From NCBI RefSeq assembly GCF_001194135.2, contig NC_068987.1:103574590-103620915 (forward strand): a stretch of 46,326 bases of DNA. Reading direction: 5' to 3'. This document shows, in pieces, positions 12,253 to 23,795 of the stretch (the first letter of the stretch is position 1; every line of letters begins with the position of its first letter). This stretch comes from Octopus bimaculoides (lineage: Eukaryota). Under the pieces are notes generated by a model. That model had not been told where the DNA came from, ran no database searches, and worked only from the letters and a program-made list of their open reading frames with translations. A program made the translations under genes and the position numbers.

Positions 12253-13080
12253 TACATGGTTGTGCTTTTGTATGAATATCTGTGTATGTGTGTTGATTCA
12301 TACGTGTCTAAGCGTGCGTGTGTTGATTGCACTTTGCTTAATAACATTTGTTCCGTTATTTCAATAAGCTCGTTTAAAAGTTTCACGGACAACGATGTCT
12401 TTATCTTGTCAACATTATTTTTCGTTGTCGGTAAATTCTTTATTTAAGGAAATGCTTGCATTGTTGCTTGCTTTCCTAAGGTTTCAATGTAAGTGGATTT
12501 TACTTTCTCTTAGAACTGAAGTAACAATACATATGTCTTTACAATTGACAAACGATTGTATAGGGAATCAACTTAGAGAAAGATCTGTGGCTTTGTTGTT
12601 TATTGTACAAGACAAGAGGTGTTTTAATCCGGCGTTCAAAGACTGAATGGTCACAAATGTATTTCAAAGTTCTAAAGTTGTCAACAAATGAAGTTATTTC
12701 ATCCACGTTTAGTCATAATAAATGGCGAGCCGTTATACAACATGCCAGTATGCATGTTCGCCGAACTCTTTCAGAACACGTAATTTCATATTATTCTGCT
12801 GTTAGTACTTAACTTAATAATATAAGTTAATTATTGAATATTCAGTACTATATCATGATGACAAAAAGGGGGGGAAAAGCATTGAGAAGAAACGTGAACA
12901 AGTTATGATGCAAATAAAACCAAACTTAGGAACAAAGAAAAGAAAATATGAGAAAATATAGTCGTTGGTTGAATTTAAGCCAGTGATCCTCGACCATTTT
13001 TTAGCTATGGACTCTTTGATTCCTATCATCATTCTATTGGTCCCCATAGCCGTTCGATATTCAAAAAAATTCAAGCAATA

Positions 13081-13497
13081 GGTGCAGTCGTGGTCGTGTA
13101 GTAAGAAGCTTCTTTCCTACCACATGGTTCCAGGTTCAGTTCGAATGCATCGTATCTTCTACTGCGTTGTACGTTCTACTATAGCCTCGGGCAGACCAAA
13201 ACCTTTGTGAGTGGATTTGGTAGACAGAAACTGAAAGAAGCCCCTCGTATATATCTATGTGTGTGTGTATGTATGTATGTATGTATGTGTTTATGTGTCT
13301 ATGTCTGTGTTTGTCCCCTTGCCATCGCTTTACAACCGATGCTAGTGTGTTTATCACTCCGTAACGCAGCGGTTCGACAAAAGAAACCGATAGAATAAGT
13401 ATCAGGCATACAAAGAATAATTCCTAGTTCGACTAAAACCCTTTAAGGCGGTGCTCCGACATCAAATAAAATGAAACAAGTAAAATAATAAAAGAAT
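13081..13497 (+). mobile_element. SINE family A, near-full copy
   Basis: All family A modules are present in order. Confidence 0.9.
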
Positions 13498-13694
13498 AAT
13501 CCTATATTTTTTTTATAATTAAACATTATAAGGAATTGTAACCAATTCATTGCACATAAATTTTAATCGCAGGCCTTCTGCCAAAATTTTAAACCAATAT
13601 CAACAGGTTTAACAATAAAATCGTATGGTTTTTCCACCATAAAATGAAGTGTGAAGTTAAACATTACGTTTATGAAGAAATTGTATCTATTATC

Positions 13695-13900
13695 TTTCGT
13701 TTTTTACTTGTTTCAGCCACTGGACTGCGGCCATGCTGTACCATCTCCCTGGAGGGTTTATTCAAATAAATCGACCCTATACCGACTTTTCAATTCTGGC
13801 ATTTATTCTATCGGTCTTTTTGCCGAACCGCTAATTTACAGAGAGGGAAAACAAACCCACCCCCGTTGTCAAGTTGTGGTAGGGACAAACACAGACAAGT
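13695..13900 (-). mobile_element. SINE family A, 3' half
   Basis: TTTTACTTGTTTCAGCCACTGGACTGCGGCCATGCTG...TATTCTATCGGTCTTTTTGCCGAACCGCT...GGGACAAACACAGAC. Confidence 0.85.
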
Positions 13901-14237
13901 ACACTGGTAGCCGCACAGCTTTGTGGAATATGTATGATTATTACAATTATTTTAATTCGTTTTGTTTGTTTTCGTTCTTTTCTTGTACGTCCGTTAGTAA
14001 TTCTCAATGGCTTTTTGCAACTGGTGCCACCAAGTGGGAACGATATCAACGATAATGGTGTGAAATAGTTATGAGATTTGGACGTTGACTAATGAGGAAT
14101 TAGCTATGAATTTTTTTTTTCTGTGTGCTATGGTTTTGTCAAATTTTCTATTTGTTACCATTTTTTCAAACTTACCGTTTATGTGATAGGTAACTTTTGC
14201 GTTTGTTATATTTTTATTAAATCCTTGAAATATATAT

Positions 14238-14398
14238 CCGATGGGCTTCCACACAGTTTCCGTCTACCAGTTCCATTCACAAGGCATTGGTGGATCCAGT
14301 GCTATATTAAAAAATGCTTGCACAAGGTGCCGCGCTGTGGTATTGAACCCGAAGTCACATAGTTGCAAAATGAACTTCTTAATCAGACAGCCATGCCG
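14238..14398 (-). mobile_element. SINE family A, 5' half
   Basis: CAGTTTCCGTCTACC...CACAAGGC...CAAGGTGCCGCG...GAACCCGAA...CAGCCATGCC. Confidence 0.8.
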
Positions 14399-14662
14399 GT
14401 TTAAAGATTTAGAAGAACATGATCCAATATTCATTCAAGCGCGAAAGGATTCTCCGTTCCATTGTTGAATGGTAAGTTCTGATAATCAACGTCTTTACAT
14501 TGGTGTCATTTTTTGAAAGCTATAGACCATCTAGAATTGCAGCATCTTTTTAAAACAAATTTTTAAGACTGTACAATATAATATTGGTATTTCTAGCAGA
14601 TCCAGTGACCACATAGAAGCTCTCACATGTAGTAAAGCGATGAATTATCATTATTATTATTA

Positions 14663-15224
14663 TTGAGTGAGAGAGTACTCAATATTATTATTGAGTGACA
14701 CTGGGGTAAAATATATGAAGCTCAGTATACCCATCATGACTACCCGTCTGATAAGGGTACACCAGGCACATGCATCACAACCATATGTGTGCGACATGGT
14801 GATCTCATATCAAGATAAACAGTGCAAGATCTCACAGGTGGGGCCCAGTTAGAATTTTCTTCAGCTCGAGTAGCCCATTCCGCTCAAAAGGTCCCTGAAT
14901 AAGGTTTTTTTAAGGATGTTGAACAAAACACCCATGTTTCCAAAGGTGAATTATTCAAACCCCAAAGAATTCCTCTCGACACATGGCTATGATGCCCACC
15001 CACTACTTCTGCTTGGGATCAGAGATGCACATATCGTCAACCACAAAGGGACATGCTCAACTGGTTAAGGTCAAACAACTGACAAGCAAATCTGTGGTAT
15101 TGAGCAGAATATTTGCTGTAGCCCATCTTTTTTTATACCAAGACAAAACAACGTACATGATAACACTTCCAATCAATTAAGATCAGAAACCATGAGAGCC
15201 ACTGCCTGGTACTGCATCCGGGCA
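14663..15224 (+). mobile_element. Unclassified ~560 bp interspersed repeat (family C), near-full copy
   Basis: Matches the inverted copy at 3015-3407 and the fragments at 32632-32775 and 33788-33922. It starts TTGAGTGAGAGAG, ends TGCATCCGGGCA and has (ATT)n on both sides. No ORF, TIR or A/B box recognised. Confidence 0.85.
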
Positions 15225-15235
15225 TTTTTTTTTTA

Positions 15236-15294
<59 letters not shown>

Positions 15295-15295
<1 letters not shown>

Positions 15296-15493
15296 AGTCA
15301 GTGAGCTGGCAGAATCGTTAGCATGCTGGAATATTAACGGTACGTTTTGAGTTCAAATTCCACCGAGGTCGACTTTGCCTTCCATCCTTTCGGGGTCGAT
15401 TAATTAAGTACAACTCAAGTACTGGAATCGATGTAATCGACTTAATCCCTCTCCCCATGAATTCCAGGCTTTGTGCCTCTAGTAGAAAGGATT
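15295..15493 (+). mobile_element. SINE family B
   Basis: Head, body and TTCCAGGCTTTGTGCCTCTAGTAGAAAGGATT tail. Confidence 0.88.
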
Positions 15494-15889
15494 ATTACGA
15501 TAGTGGTGATGATGGTGCTGGCGGTGGCGGTGGCGGTGGCGGCGGCGGTAACAATGACAACGGCGATGACGAGTCAGCTATTGGTGGCAGTCATTGTGTT
15601 AGGAGATACAGCGTTGTGATGTGAGCGGCGACGAGGGCGATGGGTCGTAGGAGTGCGATGAGATTCAATTCAATGGGGGGGGGGCGATGTATATCTCCAG
15701 GTAACGTTTCCTTGGCAACATCTTCATTTCCACCGCTCACCGCCAAAGGTAAATGACATACATGCCCATCATCACCATCACCACCTCCACCACCATCAGC
15801 ATTACGATCACCTCAAATACTCCTACCAACACGAACGGGACACCAACGCGATCCAACCAAATCACTACCATGACCGAAACCACGACAAA

Positions 15890-16231
15890 TCACAAATCCC
15901 TTCAGGTAGATGGCCCTGCTCGATCTGTAGAAAAGACATAGGCAGAGACTCCATATGATGCATCCAGTTTAAGCTTTGGACACATAAAAGGTGCAGCAGT
16001 ATCATAGGAAGGTTAACAGGGAAACTAGCTTTTGTATGTGGAAGATGCACAAGTACAATGAACTCTAAAAATGTTCAGAAAATAGACTCCATCAACTGCC
16101 AGAGGGGCAAGTTAGAGGTAGTAGATAACTTCCATTATCTAAGTAACCAAGTTAGTAGTGGAGGTAAATACTCCGAGTGCATAGCTGTGAGAATAAAATT
16201 TGGCTGAGCAAAGTTCAGAGAGTTTCTACCA
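15890..16231 (+). mobile_element. RTE-clade LINE ORF2 internal fragment (zinc-finger insert and downstream RT-region YLG motif), pseudogenised
   Basis: Translation SQIPSGRWPCSICRKDIGRDSI*CIQFKLWTHKRCSSIIGRLTGKLAFVCGRC...KLEVVDNFHYLSNQVSSGGKYSECIAVRIKFG*AKFREFLP. The LEVVD.F.YL...S.GG....I..RI...W.KFREL pattern is typical of RTE ORF2. Two in-frame stops. Confidence 0.88.
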
Positions 16232-16739
16232 TCACCACCATCAAGACTACGCTCAATACTATCACCGTCACTACCAACTCCTGTAACACGACCACAACCA
16301 CAACCACAACCACAACCACAACTACCACCACTTCCACATCACCTCCACATCCACAAACACAATCCACGCCATCATTACCACCACTATCATTATCCTCACC
16401 TGCAATGCCACTATCATCACGAACATCAACATACTACAACCAAAACTACCATCATCAACATACTACAACCAAAACTATCATCATCAACACAAGCAGTTAA
16501 CTTTATAAAACAAGCACCGCAATCACCCATCAATCAAATCCATCGCCTTGGTTTATGACTTACAACTTTTATCTTTTCTTAATCGTCTTCCGACTCCTCC
16601 ACCTCGCCCTCCTCTCTACTGCCCTCTTACTACTCCCTTTGTCCCAGTTTATCTTCGTTATTGTAAACGGTGATAGTTTGCTGTTTAATGTGTTGCGCTG
16701 GTATGGTTATTTCTGATTGTTGCTGTTGTTGTTGCTGAT

Positions 16740-16846
16740 GGTGGATGGTTGGTTGGTTGGTTGGTTGGTTGGTTGGCTGGTTGGTTGGCTGGCTGGTTGG
16801 TTGGTTGGTTGGTTGGTTGGTTGGTTGGTTGGTTGGTTGGTTGGTT
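16740..16846. repeat. (TTGG)n tetranucleotide repeat with TGGC variants
   Basis: Directly visible. Confidence 0.95.
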
Positions 16847-17084
16847 TTAGCACCTGCTCATGTTGAGTAGACTAACATTCAAAAAGTAATCAATCGATAA
16901 CCGTTCGTAATTTTAAAGAAGAAAGTTTGTGATTTAAGGATGATTTGGTGACTGTTTCTAGCAGGCTGCAGAGCCCCGCATAAGCCATCACGTTGATTTG
17001 TTGATCATTATGTTAACGTTAATTCCCATTGCAGATCGATCAATCGATAGAGAGAGAGAGAGAGAGGGGGGCAGACTGACAAAC

Positions 17085-17148
<64 letters not shown>

Positions 17149-17750
17149 TAACAGACTGACTGGCGCACATACACAGAACGGCAGACAAACAGATAGATAT
17201 CTTTCTTTTATTAGCCACACAGGGCTGCACGGAGAGGGGACAAATACAACTGTAGAGCTTTTCTTTAAAAATAAAAAAAAGGTAAAATAAAAAAAAAAGA
17301 TCCGATCAAACGGGATCGGTAGGGGCAAACAACAAAAAAAAGGGGGGGTATCGTATATCACAGAAAATGTCAATTGTGTAAAATGGGGTAACATTAGGTT
17401 TATCCATGGAGAGAAAAGCCTACGGAAAAGACCATGGTAATCTCAGCAGGGAATAGACACATGAGAGCGAAGTGCTCTCTCTCTCTCTTTTAAAAAAAAA
17501 ATTTTTTTTCTCGATTTATAGGATCATGCTCAAAGAGGTATCGTCACTCGCACGCACCATCTTTGCTACATTCACCCACCTTTTAATGAAACTTTCACGA
17601 GACAAAAACTGTCTCTCTATTCTCACCTTCCTTTTCAAGTGATACTTGAAAAAGTTGATGAGCGATTGGCCAGAGAGGTAAGTTTTCGTCTCTAATCCTT
17701 TCGCTCAGGTCCACCACACACATTCTTTCGCCATGGCCACCAGTATGATG

Positions 17751-17801
<51 letters not shown>

Positions 17802-17951
17802 CAGACTGACAGACTGACTGGCGTACACACACAGACAGACAGACAAACAGAACGGCAGACAGATACACAGACAAACAGACACACAGACAAACACAGACAA
17901 ATACATACACACAGACACACACACAGTCACACACACAGACAGACAGGCAGG

Positions 17952-17996
<45 letters not shown>

Positions 17997-18023
17997 GCTT
18001 ATCTACATACATACATACATACA

Positions 18024-18059
<36 letters not shown>

Positions 18060-18895
18060 CATACATACTATGTACATGCGAACAACATAACCAACATATT
18101 ACACACAACACTGCATTTAGACATACATCAAGGNNNNNNNNNNNNNNNNNNNNNNNNNNNNNNNNNNNNNNNNNNNNNNNNNNNNNNNNNNNNNNNNNNN
18201 NNNNNNNNNNNNNNNNNNNNNNNNNNNNNNNNNACATATATATATATATCTATATTTAAATAAATATATACACACAGGCAAACACTCATACAACCTTATA
18301 CACAAACATATATATGTTCATATGTATATATATATATATATATATGTTTGTTCGTGTATACACAGGCACACACACGTATACATGCATACAAAACGCAACT
18401 GCTTGTATGTGAATACTTGTATATTTGCACACCTATTTAAGTACATGAATACGAAGAAACAGTTGTTATGATGTGATTACAAGTCTGTTGTTAACGTTAA
18501 TAGAGAGGAGGTTGAGAATAGTTTAATAAATAATACATACTCCCCACTGTGTATTTTAACTAGTTATATATTTATAGTAATAACTATGGTAGTGTGGAAG
18601 TGGAATATTATGTCTGATTCCTTTATACCTTTGATATGTGCGCGCGCATGTGTGTGCGTATGCGTGTGCGCGCACATGCGTGTGTGTATGGAGGCAGACC
18701 ATATATATTCCGTAAGATCAATGTATACATTTAAGTCTGTTTGTGTATTTTGGTCCGTTATAATATATATGTGCATGTGTGCGTACGTGCGTAAGTATTT
18801 ATGTGTATATATGTTTATATTTGTGCGTGCATACGTATATATATAAGCTCATTTATATGTGCGTTTATACAGTGAGGTGTATGCACGACTATAAA

Positions 18896-18926
<31 letters not shown>

Positions 18927-18937
18927 GTGTGTTTGAG

Positions 18938-18969
<32 letters not shown>

Positions 18970-19178
18970 CTCATTTATATGTGCGTTCATACAGTGAGAT
19001 ATATGTATATATATATCGCCCGCGTGAGAGAGAAAGAGAGAGAGGGAGACAGAGGGAAAGTCTGAGAGAGAGAAAGAGCGATAGAGAGAGTGGAAAGAAA
19101 GAAAGAAAGAGAAAGAAAAGATGACGCGATCGATTGATGTGTAAGGGGATACTTCTATATATTAGTATGCATGCGCGT

Positions 19179-19299
<121 letters not shown>

Positions 19300-19399
19300 C
19301 AAAAGCACGAATCTACATCAATAAGTGTACAGAATTAAATGTGAGCATTTTGTTTTTTCCTTTCTTCTGTCTTTTCGTTCCGATTTTAAATGCCGCTGT

Positions 19400-20110
19400 C
19401 GTTGACTTTGCATTCCTCCCGTTCGAGGTTCGATAAAATATATACTGTTGATGACATCGATTCAGACCCTTCCATCAGGATTTCAGATCTTGTGCCTAAC
19501 GTAGGGAAAGATCGTTCATGTTGTTGTTGTTGTTGTTGTTGTAATGATATGGCGACGTACTGGCAGAATCGTTAGAGTGTCAGAAAAAAATGCTTTGTGA
19601 TGTTTTGCTCTAGCTCAATACGTTTCTGAGTTCAAATCCTGCTGAGGTCAACTTTGCTTTTCATCACTTCCAGGTCGATAAAATAAAGCGCTTGTCAAGT
19701 ACTGAGGTTGATGGTATCGTCTTATTCTTTCCCTACAAAACAGGCAAGCCTTAATAAGAAACCATTATTATTCTGGGTTTCTAAGGCGGCGAGCTGGTAG
19801 AATAATTAGCACGCCGGGGCGAAATGCTTAACGGCATTTCGCTGGTCGCTACGTTCTGAGTTCAAATTCCGCCGAGGTCAACTTTGCCTTTCATCTTTTC
19901 GAGGTCGATAAATTATGTAGAAGCTCACAGAACTGTTAGTGTTTTGGACTTTCTGGTCTTTCTGAATTAAAATCACACCAAGGATAACTTCGCCTTTCAT
20001 CTTTTTGGGGGTCGATAAAATAAAGTATCAGTTGAATCATGGAGTTGATGTAATCGACTAACTCCTCCCACTAAAATTGCTGGTGTTCTGCCAAAATTTG
20101 AAAGAATTAT
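19400..20110 (+). mobile_element. Cluster of four same-strand family B copies or fragments (~19400-19510, 19552-19765, 19782-19915, 19985-20110)
   Basis: Repeated CTTTGCCTTTCATC...GTCGATAAAAT and CTGGCAGAATCGTTAG...GAGTTCAAAT motifs. Confidence 0.8.
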
Positions 20111-20400
20111 GATTGAAAGAATTATAATTCAGGCATCCTACGCAAGAATAGGATGAGGAAATATATGTAGCGGCATACAAAACGGAGGTTACTATCATAG
20201 TGTAGGGTTCTAAGAACATTGCTGTGATCAGTACCTTTGTAAGGGTGTACCAAGCTGCGATAGGGACAAAGATCTACCAGGAAAGTTAGACGACCTACAT
20301 TTAAACACTTGCAGAGGCTGGTCCACATCGTCCAAGATTGACATGAGATGCATAACGGACGGTTAAATTAAACGGGATCTGGTTTAGTCCAAATAGTCAA

Positions 20401-20710
20401 GCATTTTTCCCGGCGTGCTAACCATTTTGCCAGCTCGCCATCAATAATAGCTTCAAATTTTGTTTGTCTCCTCTATGTTTAGCCCCCTGTGGGCAATAAA
20501 GAAATAAATAATAGTTTCAAATTTTTGCACAAAATCAGCAGTCTTTGAGAAGATGGAGCTAGTCGAATACATTAACCCCAGTGTTCAACTGGTACTAACT
20601 TTATCGACTCCAAGAGGATGAAGAGGAAAGTTGACAGCAGCAGAATTTGAACAGATGAAATGCCGCTAAGCCTGAATTCCAATGTACTAACGGTTCTGCC
20701 AGCTCACCAT
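20401..20710. mobile_element. Family B fragments: head (-) 20401-20440, alternative tail (+) 20459-20510, diverged copy (-) 20515-20710
   Basis: CCCGGCGTGCTAACCATTTTGCCAGCTCGCC; TTTGTTTGTCTCCTCTATGTTTAGCCCCCTGTGGGCAATAAAGAAATAA; ACTAACGGTTCTGCCAGCTCACC. Confidence 0.75.
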
Positions 20711-20867
20711 TTTATATATGTATGTCTATAATTATGATAATGTTTTTATATGTATATTGCATGTGTGCCTACGTGTGGGTGGAATTCTTAACAGTTATTG
20801 TATGGAAAGCTCTGAGCATTTATACATTCATATAGAAAAGAAACACGTTTTTAAACACATGAATATA

Positions 20868-20913
<46 letters not shown>

Positions 20914-21231
20914 NNNNNNNNNNNNNNNNNNNNNNNNNNNNNNNNNNNNNNNNNNNNNNNNNNNNNNNNNNNNNNNNNNNNNNNNNNNNNNNNNNNNNNN
21001 NNNNNNNNNNNNNNNNNNNNNNNNNNNNNNNNNNNNNNNNNNNNNNNNNNNNNNNNNNNNNNNNNNNNNNNNNNNNNNNNNNNNNNNNNNNNNNNNNNNN
21101 NNNNNNNNNNNNNNNNNNNNNNTATATATACCCACACACACAGAAGTATAATCATAATCAAGCGCACACACATATTTATGACTATATCTGAGTCTGCATC
21201 TGTGAGCATACGCATGTTTGTTTGTGTGTGT

Positions 21232-21275
<44 letters not shown>

Positions 21276-21579
21276 GTGTGTATGTGTGTTTGTATGTGTG
21301 TGTGTGTGTGTGTGTGCATGTATTTCTGTACAAGGGAAAGACTGTATTCATTCTGGTAGATGTTCGTATGCACTCATGTACGTGAGTGTGGATGTGTGTG
21401 CCTATATGCATATATGTGTATGCGTACGTATACGCGTGTGCATGTATGTAAGCGTAATGGTTGGATAAAGGGAGAGCACCTGTGGAGCAATTCTGTAAGA
21501 TTTACCATGAACACTTGTTCACGGTGACAGCTGTTCGAATTAATCATGGTACCCCGGAATTGCTTCATTCAAAATACCA

Positions 21580-21801
21580 TCGCCACAGCCACCATCATGG
21601 ACCTACCACCATTCCCTGTATTACCGCTATCACCATCGCACCATCATTACACTCATTCCATCATTCACCGCCATCACCACTACCATTTTCACGCCCCTCC
21701 TTCACTACCATTACAGCCACCTACCGCCACTCCTACCACTACCACTCATACCACCGCCATCACCACTTCTAGCAACATTAGAAAGCCACAACAAATGAAA
21801 G

Positions 21802-21851
<50 letters not shown>

Positions 21852-22500
21852 CCACACAATAATAACAACTATGACACTGAAAAGCTACCCCACAACTACA
21901 TCCCTACAGCAATACCACAACACCAACGCCACCTACATCACCGCTAAAATGAAAAATAACATGAGCCAACAAACTACAGAGCCGGTATGTGGTCTTTGGA
22001 CCTGCTAGAAATAGCAGTGAGTTTTCTCTGAAATCCCATCCAATAATCTTAAAGAAAAGAAGACTCTTGGAGTAGTATAGTTCTCGGAATAGATCTGAAA
22101 ACGATGAAGTGGTCACGGTTGGAATGTCATTGCTCATTGGTTATTTTTGTCAGCGGTAACCTGGTGCTAGACAGTATCTACAATAATAACACTAACGACA
22201 AGAACGTAGGGCATAGGGAGTGGCACTACCCCCGCAAGATACAGCCCAATCAATATCGGTGCCAAAAGCGACCACCACAAGCAAGAACATCAGCAACAAA
22301 CAACAACTCTGCAAACAGAGACAACCACCAACACCACCACGACCACTACTCCGCCCTACCAGTAACCTTGTCAAAAATCAACAACCACAGCAATCATTAC
22401 TATCAACACCACCACCAACAACAACAATGATAATAATAATGACAAGAAGAAGAAGAACAACAACAACAACGACGACGACAACAACAACTACGGAACCCAC
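21580..22500. repeat. Low-complexity C/A-rich cryptic triplet region with (CAA)n; a similar tract lies at 16232-16500
   Basis: Degenerate ACC/CAC/CAT/CAA triplets. This explains the poly-Q/H/T ORF artefacts. Confidence 0.85.
21945..22190 (+). repeat. Old interspersed repeat (family F, CTGCTAGAAATAGCA core); related segments near 225-285 (+), 14575-14635 (-) and 16900-16975 (-)
   Basis: Shared motif GCTAGAAA(T/C)AG(C/T)(A)..CAAATC in four places. Class not determined; probably SINE-like. Confidence 0.5.
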
Positions 22501-22935
22501 CTTCTTCCACGTAAAACTAGATATCTCTCTTTTACGATAATTTGAAAGGCAGCGATTGCGGAGAAAATTATGAGAATATAAGGTTATAGGAAGCCAATAA
22601 ATACTTCACTTTTATTCCCTGTGAATTGCCCAATCAATCAGGATAGATTTATGAAGTTTATGAAAAGCTTCATATTATTTGCTAACCTTCTCGCTGAGTC
22701 GATGACTCAGTCATATAAATTTTAACAGCCTCGTTCTGTCCACTTTTGCACCTACCACCACACTCGCCGACCACGCCGCCGCCGTCCCCACCGTCGCCGC
22801 CGATGGCAGCGACCATGCAACATTTAGCAGTTTCACAACCAATTTTTTCCTTCACATCCGGTTTTTCTTACATCCGGGCTTTTGCATCCGGTTTTCTAAC
22901 ATCCGGGTTTTTTGTGTGTCTTTTATACGTATAAT

Positions 22936-23006
<71 letters not shown>

Positions 23007-23379
23007 CATATATATATACAGATAAATATACTCATATATATGTGTGTGCGTGCGTGTGTGTGCAGGTATATATATGTATATATATAGACATTATATATAT
23101 ATATATATATATAATTAGAAACTAACATTTTCGTTGTTGTATACAATTTCGTTTTCTTATTGCTGTTATTTGGCATTTTATTTAATTCCCTCATATCGGT
23201 ATGGTTATATTTCCAAGTTATCATACAACCTTTTCTTCACATTATAATGTGTAATTCCCTTTTTGCATTCTTTTATTTATTTATTTATTATTTGGTTATA
23301 GCATCTTATCATAAATTGCTTCCATATTTTTCAGGTTTGATATTGATAGCAACGAATACATCATTGAAAAATAAATGTT

Positions 23380-23766
23380 CGCAAATATTTCCTTCGGGTA
23401 AAACCACTAACAGAAGAGAATATGACCAAAAACTGCGTGTACTCCATCTCATGCAGCTGTGGTAGGTTATACAAAGGCGAAACATGTCGCCCCCTCAAAA
23501 TAAGGGTAGAAGAACATCGCAAAGCTGTGACACGAGGAGATATTGATAAATCGGGTATAGCTGATCATGTATGGAAAAATGGAAACCACCTCCCCCTGTG
23601 GGATGAAGTTAAAATAATAGACAGGGAACAACACTGGAAAATACGAAAACTAAAAGAAGCAGCACATATGCTAGGACACAACAACCTCCTAAGCAGACCG
23701 AGTGCAGATATGAATAGCATATGGGAACCGGTATTGAGGAAGGATAGAAAAATAATAGATTTATAA
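23380..23766 (+). mobile_element. Penelope-like retroelement (PLE) 3' remnant encoding the C-terminal GIY-YIG endonuclease
   Basis: ORF 23422-23766 plus in-frame upstream codons reads RKYFLRVKPLTEENMTKNCVYSISCSCGRLYKGETCRPLKIRVEEHRKAVTRGDIDKSGIADHVWKNGNH...WDEVKIIDREQHWKIRKLKEAAHM. This fits the PLE GIY-YIG pattern (VY.I.C.CG..Y.GET.R.L..R..EH, CCHH-type residues, R..KE). It is 5'-truncated with no RT. Confidence 0.9.
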
Positions 23767-23795
23767 GCCTTAAAATTCACCCCATAATTGCCTAC

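Noticed and set aside
12978-13070. CAGTGATCCTCGACC, a hAT-like terminus
   Set aside because: No matching opposite TIR or 8 bp TSD found.
19428-19500. Apparent exon FDKIYTVDDIDSDPSIRISDLVPN with AG/GT borders
   Set aside because: The nucleotides align with the SINE family B body and tail (GACTTTGC...GATAAAAT...TTTCAG..CTTGTGCCTA..GTAG).
23335-23374. Possible terminal exon TTTTCAG|G-FDIDSNEYIIEK*
   Set aside because: It abuts the PLE remnant and may be frameshifted PLE sequence; no independent support.
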